Shown piece after piece: positions 7,633 to 17,737 of a DNA stretch of 49,832 nt. The notes below the pieces were generated by a model. It saw nothing but the letters and a program-made list of their open reading frames with translations, made no database searches and was not told the origin of the DNA. The stretch's first letter is position 1. Each line of letters starts with the position of its first letter. The DNA comes from Staphylococcus epidermidis (lineage in GTDB: Bacteria; Bacillota_I; Bacilli_A; RFN20; CAG-826). Made by a program: the position numbers and the translations under genes. Where the stretch lies: positions 1 to 49,832 of the forward strand of contig CAMCVC010000002.1 of assembly GCA_945879785.1 (NCBI GenBank), given 5' to 3'.

Positions 7633-9569
7633 TCTAAGTGGGCAATTTGCTTATCAAAGGTTGAGATTTGTTGTTCGACTTTGAGTTCGGCAAATTGGTT
7701 CATGTAGAGTTTATGGTAAGTGCCTTTTTTCGCCATTAATTGCTTGTGACTGCCATCTTCGATAATCAACCCTTCAGACATCACCAAGATCCGATTGGCA
7801 TCAACGATGGTAGACAACCGATGGGCGATGACAATCGACGTTCTGCCCTTTAATGTTTTATTGATTGCCTTTTGGATTAATGCTTCTGTTTCCGTATCAA
7901 TTGAAGATGTTGCTTCATCTAAAATCATGATCGTAGGGTTTCTAACGATGGCTCGGGCAAAGGCGATGAGTTGCTTTTGACCCACAGAGAGTTCACTGCC
8001 GCCATCGCGGAGTATGGTTTGATAACCTTTGGGTAGCGACATGATGAATTCATGAGCACCAACGGCTTTACTTGCGTCGATGATCATCTCATCGGTAGCA
8101 TCTAATTTCCCATAGGCAATGTTTTTTCGGATGGTGCCAGAAAAGATAAATGGGGTTTGTTGGACATAACCAATATGGTGACGTAACCATCCCACTGACC
8201 TGGTGCGATAATCCGATCCATCGATTCTTAATTCGCCAACCGTGGGCTCATAAAATCGACATAAAAGATTGACCGTGGTGGATTTGCCGCTTCCTGTTTC
8301 CCCAACAATGGCAACTGTTTGCCCTTTAGGAATGATTAAATTCATGGAATGAATGATTTCTACACCAGGGTTATAAGAGAAGGAAACATTTTTAAATTCA
8401 ACGTCACCACGCATTGGTTCATACATGGTTACTTTTGGGTGAAGTAAGGTGCCATATTTAGCCTCGACGTCAGGGGTATCGGTGATCATCGGTACCGTTT
8501 CAATCAACGATAAGATTTTTTCAACAGACGATTGTGAGGCCATGAGTTCGGTAAACAAGTCGACAAATTCTTGAATAGGCGTATACAAAGCAGAAACAAA
8601 TCCAATGAATAAAACAAAGATGGAGACATCATAAATAATCGTGTTACTTAACATCAATGACGAACCCACAAAAATGACAATGGCTGTGGTGATGGTAGAT
8701 ACCAAGGTGACAGAAGGATAAAAGAACGCTTGTGTCTTTGCCGTCTTCCAAGCCTTATCACGAATATCAGTGACAATCTCGTTGGCTTCTTTTTGAACGT
8801 TATTCTCGATGGAAAGCGTCTTGATCGTTTTTGCGCCGGCGATGACTTCTGCTAACCAGGCAACGTATTTTGAAAAAGCGTTTCTTGCCGTCCGGGATAA
8901 ATTAAGAATTCTAAATTGAAAATAAGGAGCAATGACCAGCATGATCGGTACGGTTGCAAGGAGGACCAGTGACATTTGCCAAGAGATAATAAACATGGTG
9001 ATAAGAATGAAGACTAGTTCAAAGGTGATCCAAACAAACCGGGTGATTCCCCAAGAGATCATGTCCGAAATTTTACTCGTATCGGATTGGAGGCGGGCAA
9101 TTAACCAACCAGAAGACGTTTTATCAAAATAAGAAAAAGAAAGCTTTTGAACTTGAGCAAACGCGTCCTGCCTGATGTTAATGTACACAGACATTTCTAA
9201 GTAGTTGGTGGTAAAGAAAAGCAAGTAAATGGCCACAGCACGAATCAAGATACCAACAATGATAAGGACGATATACTCAACATAATTAATCGTGAATGAA
9301 ATACCAAAGATGAGTGTGACATCCATTGACAAATCGCCAATTAAATTGGTGGATAAATTTCCTTGGTTTTCTATCGCGGTAAGTGATTGAATAATCGCCC
9401 GATTTAATAAGGGAACAAAACTGCCATCATGGAACGTGATGATCAGCATCAATGAAAACATGATCAAAAGAAGCCAATAACGTTTAAAAGCATACTTGGC
9501 AATGCGTGCCCAACTAGAAAAATTTAATTTTTTGGATAACGCTTCTTCTTCAAAAGAAAAACTAGCCAT
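7629..9569 (-). CDS. ABC exporter half-transporter (TMD-NBD), consensus-site partner of a heterodimer
   Basis: 646 aa. 6-TM exporter domain. Walker A GETGSGKST, Walker B IMILDEATS, H-loop AHRLS, but a variant signature LSVGQKQ. Confidence 0.9.
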   Translation of the reverse strand: MASFSFEEEALSKKLNFSSWARIAKYAFKRYWLLLIMFSLMLIITFHDGSFVPLLNRAIIQSLTAIENQGNLSTNLIGDLSMDVTLIFGISFTINYVEYIVLIIVGILIRAVAIYLLFFTTNYLEMSVYINIRQDAFAQVQKLSFSYFDKTSSGWLIARLQSDTSKISDMISWGITRFVWITFELVFILITMFIISWQMSLVLLATVPIMLVIAPYFQFRILNLSRTARNAFSKYVAWLAEVIAGAKTIKTLSIENNVQKEANEIVTDIRDKAWKTAKTQAFFYPSVTLVSTITTAIVIFVGSSLMLSNTIIYDVSIFVLFIGFVSALYTPIQEFVDLFTELMASQSSVEKILSLIETVPMITDTPDVEAKYGTLLHPKVTMYEPMRGDVEFKNVSFSYNPGVEIIHSMNLIIPKGQTVAIVGETGSGKSTTVNLLCRFYEPTVGELRIDGSDYRTRSVGWLRHHIGYVQQTPFIFSGTIRKNIAYGKLDATDEMIIDASKAVGAHEFIMSLPKGYQTILRDGGSELSVGQKQLIAFARAIVRNPTIMILDEATSSIDTETEALIQKAINKTLKGRTSIVIAHRLSTIVDANRILVMSEGLIIEDGSHKQLMAKKGTYHKLYMNQFAELKVEQQISTFDKQIAHLD

Positions 9570-9571
9570 GG

Positions 9572-11344
9572 TTACACCATCCTCGTTTGAATCTCAAAAA
9601 TTCGTTTATATAAACCAGATTGTTTAATCAATTGCTCATGGGTGCCAACTTCGGCAATCTTGCCTTGATCCAAAACAACAATTTTATCAGCGTCTTTGGC
9701 CGTTGCCACGCGGTGCGTAATGATTAATGTGGTGGATTGTTCTTGACGCTTTTTAAGGGCAGCACGAATGTTCATATCGGTTTCAGTATCGACGGCGCTC
9801 AAGGAATCATCAAAGACAAGAATCGGTGCTTTGGAAATGATCGTTCTTGCAATCACCAAACGTTGTTTTTGTCCACCAGATAAAGTGACACCTTTTTCAC
9901 CAACACGGGTATCGTAGCCATCTTTGAAATTGATGATGGATTTATGAATGTCTGCAATTTGTGCCGCTTTTTGAATGTCTTCTGCGGTGGCATTCGAATT
10001 AGCTATTTTTAAATTATTGATGATGGTTTTTGAAAATAAAAACGGTTCTTGTAAGACCGTCGCAATTTGCCGACGAATGTGATCTTTCGCGATGGTTTTT
10101 AGTTCAACACCATCAACTTTCACTGATCCAGAGGAATAATCATAAAGCCTGGTTAATAAATGTGACAAGGTTGATTTACCAGAACCAGTTTTGCCCATGA
10201 TGGCGATGGTTTCGCCAGGTTTAATCACCAATGAGAAATTTTTGATGACCACTTCATCACTATCGTCATAATTAAAGGACATGTTATTAAATTCAATAGC
10301 TCCTTGAATGACTGGTCTGACACCTGATTCGATGTCTTCAAGGGGTTGATTAAGGATGGTGTTGAGTCGATCAATGGATGCCATCGCTTGCGCTAAATTG
10401 GATAAGGTCATCGCCACATCACGAACCGGCCATACCACTTGGCCGACAAACTGTAATGCCACCACAAACGTTCCTAACGAAATATTCCCCGTCGCGGTTA
10501 AATACACCCCAAAGGCAGAAGTTAACGCGATTTGGCCAAACACCAAAATATCCGTGGATGAGAAGAAGAAGGAACTGGTTAATCGCCATTTGATAAACTT
10601 CTTCTTATAGTCCATGAGATGGTCTTTGAAATCCTGAATCTCATAGGTTTCGTTGTTATAGGCTTTCACCAGTCGAATTCCTGATAACGTTTCTTCAATT
10701 TTCGCGGACACCAAACCGTCACTATCTTCCGTGACTTTAAATAATTTTCTTACACGTTTGATTAAGACCAAGGCATACAAGAACATAAATGGAAGAACAA
10801 TGGTGCTAGATAGAGCAATTTCCCAAGAGACGGTCAGTAAAATACTGAAAGCGATGGACGTTAAAAAAATCGTATACACAATCGAGTTGACTTGGCGAAC
10901 TAAAAAATTTCTAACAATATCAAGATCTCTTGTGCATGTTTGAATTAAGTCACCACTTTTGTTCTTCTTGATATAAGCATAAGGAAGTCTTTCAATATGG
11001 TAAAACAGATCCAATTGGATATCTTTACCCAAATTCACATCCATGAATCCACGAATCATTAATCGAGAAAAGAACATCAAGGCACGAGCACCGCCCAGAA
11101 ATAAGATAAAAATCGCCAATACCCATAAATTTGTTCTTAGAAAAACTTGACCACCGAGTAGGTTGGTTAAGAAACTATCAATTGGACCTGATGGTTCGAC
11201 GCCTTGTAAGGTATCGACAAGAATTTTAGTAGAAAAATTAGCAAGTAATAAAAAGGTTAAGGCAAAAAAAAGAATTAAAAACGATAATAAATAACGCTTT
11301 CTGTAGCCTTTGGTAAATCGATATAGAAGTTGAATATACTTCAT
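9572..11344 (-). CDS. ABC exporter half-transporter (TMD-NBD), degenerate-site partner of a heterodimer
   Basis: 590 aa. Walker A GKTGSGKST and signature LSGGQKQR. Walker B is ILVFDDSLS, with Asp in place of the catalytic Glu. Only 2 nt separate it from the downstream partner gene. Confidence 0.9.
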   Translation of the reverse strand: MKYIQLLYRFTKGYRKRYLLSFLILFFALTFLLLANFSTKILVDTLQGVEPSGPIDSFLTNLLGGQVFLRTNLWVLAIFILFLGGARALMFFSRLMIRGFMDVNLGKDIQLDLFYHIERLPYAYIKKNKSGDLIQTCTRDLDIVRNFLVRQVNSIVYTIFLTSIAFSILLTVSWEIALSSTIVLPFMFLYALVLIKRVRKLFKVTEDSDGLVSAKIEETLSGIRLVKAYNNETYEIQDFKDHLMDYKKKFIKWRLTSSFFFSSTDILVFGQIALTSAFGVYLTATGNISLGTFVVALQFVGQVVWPVRDVAMTLSNLAQAMASIDRLNTILNQPLEDIESGVRPVIQGAIEFNNMSFNYDDSDEVVIKNFSLVIKPGETIAIMGKTGSGKSTLSHLLTRLYDYSSGSVKVDGVELKTIAKDHIRRQIATVLQEPFLFSKTIINNLKIANSNATAEDIQKAAQIADIHKSIINFKDGYDTRVGEKGVTLSGGQKQRLVIARTIISKAPILVFDDSLSAVDTETDMNIRAALKKRQEQSTTLIITHRVATAKDADKIVVLDQGKIAEVGTHEQLIKQSGLYKRIFEIQTRMV

Positions 11345-11434
11345 TTTTAGAACCGTTATTTATTATACAACTTTGATTAAAAAATTGTTAAAAATTGCCT
11401 AATTATCGGATTTTATCAGTGGTTTTTTCACCGA

Positions 11435-11460
11435 TTGAATCTTAATTCCTATGCTATAAT
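11435..11460 (+). promoter_or_regulatory. Putative extended -10 promoter for the flippase-like/GT4 operon
   Basis: TGcTATAAT (11452-11460). TTGAAT sits at 11435-11440 with a short 14-nt spacer. It is 28 nt upstream of the ATG at 11488. Confidence 0.4.
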
Positions 11461-11487
11461 AAATTCGGTCAGTGAAGACTGATAATT

Positions 11488-12828
11488 ATGCAAACACAAG
11501 AACCCCCAAAGTTTGAAATAAAAGACCAAACATCAAACGCATCAAAGAAGTACAAAATCAATCTTTTGATCATTTTTCTTGTGGCCATTGGGTTTACCTT
11601 ATTCACCCTTTTTACCGACGATAATTTGAATGCTGTGATCACAGCATTTTCTCAAGCTAATGTATGGATGATTGGTGTTATTTTATTTGTTATGGTCTTG
11701 ATTATTCTCTTTGAAGGGATCATTCTTTTTATTCTCGCTCGACTTTATACCACCCGTTATAATTTAAAGAAATCGATTAACAATTATTTTATTGGTGTTT
11801 TTTTCTCACACATCACCCCTTCTGGTACAGGTGGTCAGTTTGCCCAAGCGTATGTGTTTAGCAAGCAAGGGATTGAAATTGCCAATGCTGCATCGATTCT
11901 CGTGATGCATTTTCTGCTTTCACAAATTGCTCAAGTTGTCTTTGGGCTCTTAGCCTTATTATTGAGATTAGACAAATTTCTTTCAATTACCCAAACCGTT
12001 AATTTATTTGGAGCGTCAATCCCAATTCTTTATTTATCTTTGGTGGGATTCGCCATTAACTTTTTAATCATTTTCTTTATTTTAGCCTTGGCAAAATCTA
12101 GATTTTTACATAAGACCATCGTCAATGGGGTCGTTGCTTTATTAGGAAAACTAAAAATCATTAAGAATCCTGATAAGGTGAAATCAAACCTTCAAGTTCA
12201 AATTGAAAACTTTAGAATCGAAAGTAAACGATTACAATCAAACACCCCCGTGACCGTTGTTTTACTCGTTTTATTTTTTATTCGAATGACGTTATCCTAT
12301 TCGATTCCTTACTTATCTGCCATGGCTTTACCTTCGATAGATTTAAGTCAAACCAATATTTTTGATGGTATCTTTATGACCGCTTATTTAAATGTCATCA
12401 TTTACTTTGCCCCATTACCTGGTTCAGTTGGTTTCTCTGAATTTTTCTTTTCATACTTATTCCAAAGTCTTTTTGGAGGTTATGCTCAAACCATTGCCCC
12501 TCAATTAATCTGGCGTGGTGTCACTTTTTACTTAACCTTAATCATCGGGGCAATCAGCGTCATCGCCTTTAGAATGGGTAATAAAGATGCGAAGATTGTT
12601 CAAGGTGGCGATGCATTTGTTGAACTGCAAAAATCTACCATTGAAATTAGAAGACAAACTTCTGAAGTGATGTTTTCAACAGGGGAAATGTCCTCTGGCA
12701 ACATTCAGAAAAAGTTTTCAAGAATGGCTCGTGATTTTTTTGGATTTAAAACCAAAAAAGTTGATCGCTATGGAAATGTCATTAACACAGACGAAATCAA
12801 TAAAAAGAATCTAAAAGATAAGAAGTAA
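11488..12828 (+). CDS. Flippase-like membrane protein (UPF0104 / lysyl-phosphatidylglycerol synthase TM-region family, no synthase domain)
   Basis: 446 aa and multi-pass. The motif HITPSGTGGQFAQAYVF is characteristic of the MprF-TM/YbhN-type family. Basic cytoplasmic tail. Confidence 0.7.
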   Translation: MQTQEPPKFEIKDQTSNASKKYKINLLIIFLVAIGFTLFTLFTDDNLNAVITAFSQANVWMIGVILFVMVLIILFEGIILFILARLYTTRYNLKKSINNYFIGVFFSHITPSGTGGQFAQAYVFSKQGIEIANAASILVMHFLLSQIAQVVFGLLALLLRLDKFLSITQTVNLFGASIPILYLSLVGFAINFLIIFFILALAKSRFLHKTIVNGVVALLGKLKIIKNPDKVKSNLQVQIENFRIESKRLQSNTPVTVVLLVLFFIRMTLSYSIPYLSAMALPSIDLSQTNIFDGIFMTAYLNVIIYFAPLPGSVGFSEFFFSYLFQSLFGGYAQTIAPQLIWRGVTFYLTLIIGAISVIAFRMGNKDAKIVQGGDAFVELQKSTIEIRRQTSEVMFSTGEMSSGNIQKKFSRMARDFFGFKTKKVDRYGNVINTDEINKKNLKDKK

Positions 12829-12832
12829 ATAC

Positions 12833-13996
12833 ATGAAAATAGCATTATTTACAGATACATATCCTCCAGAAATTAACGGCGTTTCTGTCAGCGTTGGTCT
12901 CCACCAAAAAGTGTTGATGGATCAAGGTCATGAGGTGTTGGTGATCACCACGAATCCTTTTGGAAAACAAATCGTGATTGAAGCTGGGGTGATTCGTATC
13001 CCAGGCGTTGAGTTAAAAAAGCTTTATAATTATCGGCTTTCTAGTTTCTTTAGTGCGAAAGCTTATCAATATATCCGAAAATGGAAACCAGATGTCATCC
13101 ACATTCATACGGATATAGGCATAGGTATTTTTGGCAAGATCACAGCTTTCTTCTTAAAAGTCCCAACGGTAGTCACGTATCACACGATGTATGAAGACTA
13201 TACGCATTATGCTGGTTTCCTTAAAGGATTAGCGTCTCGGGTTGTTAAACAATTTTCAAAATCTATTGCCGAACAATGCACGGAGTTTATTTCCCCTTCG
13301 TTAAAGACCAAAGAAAAAATCCGAAGTTATGGTGTTGATCGATATATTAACATCGTTCCTACTGGTATTGATTTTTCCAGGTTTCAACTCGCAAGTTTAG
13401 ATCGCAACAAACTAGCCGAGATTAAAAATCGATGGATTTTACCTGGAGAAAAAGTACTACTCTCTTTAGGCCGTGTGGCGAAAGAAAAAAGCATGGAAGT
13501 GATTGTAAAAGGATTCGCTAAGGTTATTCAATCAGGAGAAGAACATATTCGTTTATTGATGGTGGGTGATGGTCCAGACCGTCATGGTTTAATTGATTTA
13601 GCTAACCAACTAGGAATTTCAGACAAAGTAAGTTTTGTTGGCGCAGTACCAATTCAAGAGGTTCCTTACTATTATCAAGTAGCAGACGTGTTCGTCTCTG
13701 CTAGTTTAACGGAAACCCAAGGATTAACGTTTATGGAAGCCATGGTCTCTGATCGCTTGGTCTTATGCCGCTTTGATGAAAATCTTGCGGAATTAATTCG
13801 CCATCAACAAACTGGATTTATTTTCAGCGATGAAGAAGATTTTGTAAGACAAGTGAAAACCATCTTCAATTTAACCAAAGAGAAAAGAGAACAAATCAAA
13901 GGTGATGTTGCCACGGCAGTCAATCGATATTCCTTACCTAACTTTTATCAGAATCTAATTGAGGTATATCAACGTGCGACAAGACAATACTGGTAA
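12833..13996 (+). CDS. GT4-family glycosyltransferase, probable diacylglycerol glucosyltransferase (monoglycosyl-DAG synthase-like)
   Basis: 387 aa. N-terminal MKIALFTDTYPPEINGVS. The EX7E region ETQGLTFMEAM and GRVAKEK..MVGDGPD are typical of GT4 lipid glycosyltransferases. Confidence 0.8.
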   Translation: MKIALFTDTYPPEINGVSVSVGLHQKVLMDQGHEVLVITTNPFGKQIVIEAGVIRIPGVELKKLYNYRLSSFFSAKAYQYIRKWKPDVIHIHTDIGIGIFGKITAFFLKVPTVVTYHTMYEDYTHYAGFLKGLASRVVKQFSKSIAEQCTEFISPSLKTKEKIRSYGVDRYINIVPTGIDFSRFQLASLDRNKLAEIKNRWILPGEKVLLSLGRVAKEKSMEVIVKGFAKVIQSGEEHIRLLMVGDGPDRHGLIDLANQLGISDKVSFVGAVPIQEVPYYYQVADVFVSASLTETQGLTFMEAMVSDRLVLCRFDENLAELIRHQQTGFIFSDEEDFVRQVKTIFNLTKEKREQIKGDVATAVNRYSLPNFYQNLIEVYQRATRQYW

Positions 13997-14774
13997 TATC
14001 ATTACGTCCATCGAGATTAAAAAGAAAAAAATTGTTATTACCTTTGCCACAGATCAATCCTTATCGTTATCAAGTGATCAATACACCCAAGATTATTTTT
14101 ATGTTGGCAAAGTCATTGATGACAAGAAATTTGAAGAGCTAACCCAAGCCACCAAAACCCAACCTTTGATTGACTATGGCTTTCGCTTATTAACCAAAGG
14201 GCGTTATAGCGAGTATCAAATCCGGGAAAAACTCTACAAAAGAGAAGCGTTAAAACCACAAGTCGATGAAGTGATTTCACGACTAAAACTAGCCCATTTA
14301 ATCGATGATGCAAGTTTGTTAAAAGATTGGGTTCATCATTTTCAAAAGCGTGGCTATGGGTTGAGAATGATCAAAAGCAAACTTCATGACAAAGGTTTTT
14401 TCCCACATCTGCTTGAAACCATTCATATCGATGAGGACATTGAACGAGAATCGATCACCCGTTTGATTGAGCAAAGCATCGAAAAATATCAACGTCTGAG
14501 TGAACGTGATCGTAAGCAAAAAATCACCGCGATGTTATTACAACGCGGATATGAATCCAAAGTTTATCATTCAACCATAGAAGCAATCCCCAGTTTAAGC
14601 CAAGAACAAACTGACCATAATCTAAAGGAAGCTTTTGAAAAAGCCTTGAGAATGTTTCAATCGCGTTTCGCTGGTCGAGAACGGGATGAAAAAATCATTA
14701 ACTTCTTACTTCGTAAAGGCTATACTTATTCCAATATTATTCGTTTGATCAAGGAGTCAACACATGGGCATTAA
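13974..14774 (+). CDS. recX: RecX family regulator of RecA
   Basis: YGFRLLTKGRYSEYQIREKLYKR and repeated three-helix modules are typical of RecX. I prefer GTG at 13974, which has GAGG 9 nt upstream, over the TTG at 13959 given in the ORF track. Confidence 0.75.
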   Translation: MRQDNTGNIITSIEIKKKKIVITFATDQSLSLSSDQYTQDYFYVGKVIDDKKFEELTQATKTQPLIDYGFRLLTKGRYSEYQIREKLYKREALKPQVDEVISRLKLAHLIDDASLLKDWVHHFQKRGYGLRMIKSKLHDKGFFPHLLETIHIDEDIERESITRLIEQSIEKYQRLSERDRKQKITAMLLQRGYESKVYHSTIEAIPSLSQEQTDHNLKEAFEKALRMFQSRFAGRERDEKIINFLLRKGYTYSNIIRLIKESTHGH

Positions 14775-15690
14775 AGACTTTAAAGACGGTCAGCATATTC
14801 ATCAAGCTTTTTTAGTGAATCAAGTCAGCAAAGGCATCACTGCCTCTGGTCAACCCTATTTAACGATTATTTTGCAAGATAAAACCGGTCAAATTGAAGC
14901 CAAGTTTTGGGACGTCAAACCAGAAATTGAAACGATGATTGATGTTGGTGCCTTTGTTCAAGTGGATGGGGATGTTGCTGCGTATCGCCAATTGCTGCAA
15001 GTGCGTATCAATCAAATGCAACGCTTGAACCCAGACACCGTCAATCTTGAAGAATTGACGATGACCGCACCAGTTCCACTCAAGACCTTAGAATTAGACC
15101 TTAAAAAAACCATAGGGAAAATTAGTGATCCTGACTATGCGTTAATCACCCAAACACTCATTCAAGGTTCTTATGATGCGTATATTACTTACCCTGCCGC
15201 GGTCAGAAATCATCATGAATATACCTCGGGGTTACTGTTTCATACCTTATCGATGATCAAAGTTGCTGAAGCACTGATGCCTTTATATCCTAAGATCAAT
15301 TCAGATTTAATTTATGCTGGGATTTTACTTCACGATTTAGGAAAGACCACGGAATTTACTGGGGCCGTGATTCCAAAATATAGCACCGAAGGAAAATTAA
15401 TAGGTCACTTGAATTCCATGGCCGCTAAAATCCAATCCTTAGGAGAAAAACTTAACATTGACAAAGAAAAAGTCATGCTTTTACAACACATCGTGCTCGC
15501 CCATCATGGTAAACCAGAATTTGGCAGCAGTGTCCCTCCCTTAACCAAAGAAGCTCTGTTTGTGCATATGGTCGATGATTTTGATGCAAAAATGACCATC
15601 ATCAATAAGGCTTTGGATCAAACCGAACCTGGACAATTTACCAACCGGGTATTTGCCTTGGATGATCGAAGTTTTTATAAAGCAAAATAG
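14764..15690 (+). CDS. yhaM: 3'-5' exoribonuclease YhaM (OB-fold plus HD domain)
   Basis: 308 aa. N-terminal OB fold (PYLTIILQDKTGQIEAKFWDV). HD motif LLHDLGK and HHGKPEFGS. Confidence 0.85.
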   Translation: MGIKDFKDGQHIHQAFLVNQVSKGITASGQPYLTIILQDKTGQIEAKFWDVKPEIETMIDVGAFVQVDGDVAAYRQLLQVRINQMQRLNPDTVNLEELTMTAPVPLKTLELDLKKTIGKISDPDYALITQTLIQGSYDAYITYPAAVRNHHEYTSGLLFHTLSMIKVAEALMPLYPKINSDLIYAGILLHDLGKTTEFTGAVIPKYSTEGKLIGHLNSMAAKIQSLGEKLNIDKEKVMLLQHIVLAHHGKPEFGSSVPPLTKEALFVHMVDDFDAKMTIINKALDQTEPGQFTNRVFALDDRSFYKAK

Positions 15691-16122
15691 TTATTGGTCT
15701 AAATAATCTTTTAATTGTTTCGCTAATGTAGGTAGGTTGAGTTGATCTGAACTGTCTGCTTTTTGCATGTCAATTTTTAACCGATCAGATGGTAAGTAAC
15801 GAGGAATGACATGCACGTGAAAATGGAAGACACTTTGCCCTGCAGCTTTTAATACATTACTCAAAAGGTTAACCCCTTTGGCATCCAAGGTTTGCATTTG
15901 TGCCTGCCCGATGCGCTGGGCAACATTCATGACCTGATTCATGACCTGCTTGGGTGTGCTTAAGAAGTGGTCGTAATGATGTTTTGGAATGACAATCGTA
16001 TGTCCCGAGGTTGTTTGTTGAATGTCTAAAAAGGCGAGAACGTCCATATCCTCATAAATTCGATGAGACGGTAGACTGCCATCGACGATTTGACAAAAAA
16101 TGCATGGTTTGCTCATGTTCAA
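15691..16122 (-). CDS. HIT (histidine triad) family nucleotide hydrolase
   Basis: 143 aa. N-terminal CIFCQIV and histidine triad HFHVHVIPR. SD GGAGG. Confidence 0.9.
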   Translation of the reverse strand: MNMSKPCIFCQIVDGSLPSHRIYEDMDVLAFLDIQQTTSGHTIVIPKHHYDHFLSTPKQVMNQVMNVAQRIGQAQMQTLDAKGVNLLSNVLKAAGQSVFHFHVHVIPRYLPSDRLKIDMQKADSSDQLNLPTLAKQLKDYLDQ

Positions 16123-16130
16123 TCCTCCAA

Positions 16131-16159
16131 TAAAAAAATAAGGAGATTACTCTCCTTAT
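16131..16159 (-). terminator. Rho-independent terminator after the lipoprotein gene pair (minus strand)
   Basis: On the minus strand: ATAAGGAG-AGTAAT-CTCCTTAT followed by TTTTTTT. It ends about 10 nt before the SD of the HIT gene. Confidence 0.65.
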
Positions 16160-16186
16160 GTTAGCATGATTGATCCGTGGATAGAT

Positions 16187-17737
16187 TTAGGCAGCAGTTT
16201 CTTCGGATTCTTCGTCATAAAGCGTTGGGAAACGTTCTTTGAAGAAATCATAGATGGTTTGATCGTGGAACTTTAAGTCTGCAAGTTTTAACCAGTGAAG
16301 ATTGCTTGCATTGATGCTAGCTTCACGAACACCGAGGATTCGAGCAATTTCACCAGCGATTAATGTACGTGTTTCTCCATCGTCACCAACAATCGCATCG
16401 TAGTTGGTGGTTGAAGTCGTTGAGGCATTCATCTTGGTGGTATTGACAGCTTCTAAAACTTGAACGATGTAATAGGTGGTGCTATTGGCATCATAGAGCA
16501 AGAAGTTTCTTGCGTCATTTTGTTGAGAAGTTTGCGGGATTAAATAACTGACGCCATTAATCTTTCTTAAGAAATCTGAGGTTTCAGGATTTGCTACTAC
16601 AGTACTTTCATCACTGATACGATCAATCGCATTGGCCACACCGATATTAAAGACTCGGTCGCGGATCGATGCAGGAAGTGATCCTAAGCCACCGTTTTTC
16701 ACATGCCAACCATCGGTTGTAAAATCACGTTTGCTTAACTCATTACCGCGAATGGCTAACCCTATTTCAGGGGTGTATTGACCATTACCGGTGAATTCAC
16801 TTTCGATTGACTTATCGGTTAATAATGGGTTTTCTGGAATAATTTTGCTGAAGCGTTCTAAGATTTCACCGTAAAGCGTACGAGGAAATGCTTCACCACC
16901 AGCTAAACCAGCATCCACTAATAATTGATATTCTGGGGAATCAGTATTAATATCAACCCCACGCCATGCGCGAGCTAAGATTTCAAGGTCGGCAACTCCT
17001 TCGGCGTCTTCGCCTAGAATGTATTGATCAATAAAGGTATCCATTAAATATTTAACAGCTTCTGGATATTCAGAAGAAACTTTCAAGGCAATATAATTTA
17101 CTTTACGAGCATAACTTCTACCTAAGGAAGAGTAATCTTCATCAATTAAATAAGATTCCACTAATAATTCACGATAGATTTTTGGTAATAAATTATTTTG
17201 AATAAAGTCTTCGTAGTATTCAAGGTGGATGGCATTTTCTAAAATATCACCGGATTCAATCGCTTCGGTATTTCGTGGTGGGAAAATGAAATCAACCACC
17301 CATGGGTCATTGGCTTCACGGTTTAGTGTATAAAGTTGCTTTTCAATGGAGAAAGCAAATCGTTCTTCGGAAAATAAGTTTCTGGTTTCAAATTGACCAG
17401 AGGCAATGAGGTCATACATTTTGACATTGATTCTGCGTTCAATTTTTTCTACCAAAGCTTCATCTGTTGGATCATTAGAGGCTAGCAAATCAGTGTAATT
17501 CCCTAAACGATCTTCAGCGATGAGAAACATGACATCTTCGAGTGTACGTTGAGTTAAATTACCACCATCACGAAGAGCATCATAGACCACTGAGTTGACG
17601 TTTTTTTCTAATTCTGTGACCAAACCACCAAGAATTTCACCATCATTATCGTTTGGGGAAACAGTAATTTCGGTACATCCAACTAAAAAGACAGCAGTTA
17701 ATGCAATTGCCGTTGCTTTGAATTTATTTTTGAACAT
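16187..17737 (-). CDS. Lipoprotein with a possible divergent parvulin/PrsA-like region
   Basis: Trimmed to the ATG at 17737 (SD AGAGGAA upstream). Signal peptide MFKNKFKATAIALTAVFLVGC with lipobox L-V-G-C. The segments KVNYIALKVS and NGGLGSLPASIRDRVF loosely parallel the parvulin core of the upstream paralog. Confidence 0.65.
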   Translation of the reverse strand: MFKNKFKATAIALTAVFLVGCTEITVSPNDNDGEILGGLVTELEKNVNSVVYDALRDGGNLTQRTLEDVMFLIAEDRLGNYTDLLASNDPTDEALVEKIERRINVKMYDLIASGQFETRNLFSEERFAFSIEKQLYTLNREANDPWVVDFIFPPRNTEAIESGDILENAIHLEYYEDFIQNNLLPKIYRELLVESYLIDEDYSSLGRSYARKVNYIALKVSSEYPEAVKYLMDTFIDQYILGEDAEGVADLEILARAWRGVDINTDSPEYQLLVDAGLAGGEAFPRTLYGEILERFSKIIPENPLLTDKSIESEFTGNGQYTPEIGLAIRGNELSKRDFTTDGWHVKNGGLGSLPASIRDRVFNIGVANAIDRISDESTVVANPETSDFLRKINGVSYLIPQTSQQNDARNFLLYDANSTTYYIVQVLEAVNTTKMNASTTSTTNYDAIVGDDGETRTLIAGEIARILGVREASINASNLHWLKLADLKFHDQTIYDFFKERFPTLYDEESEETAA

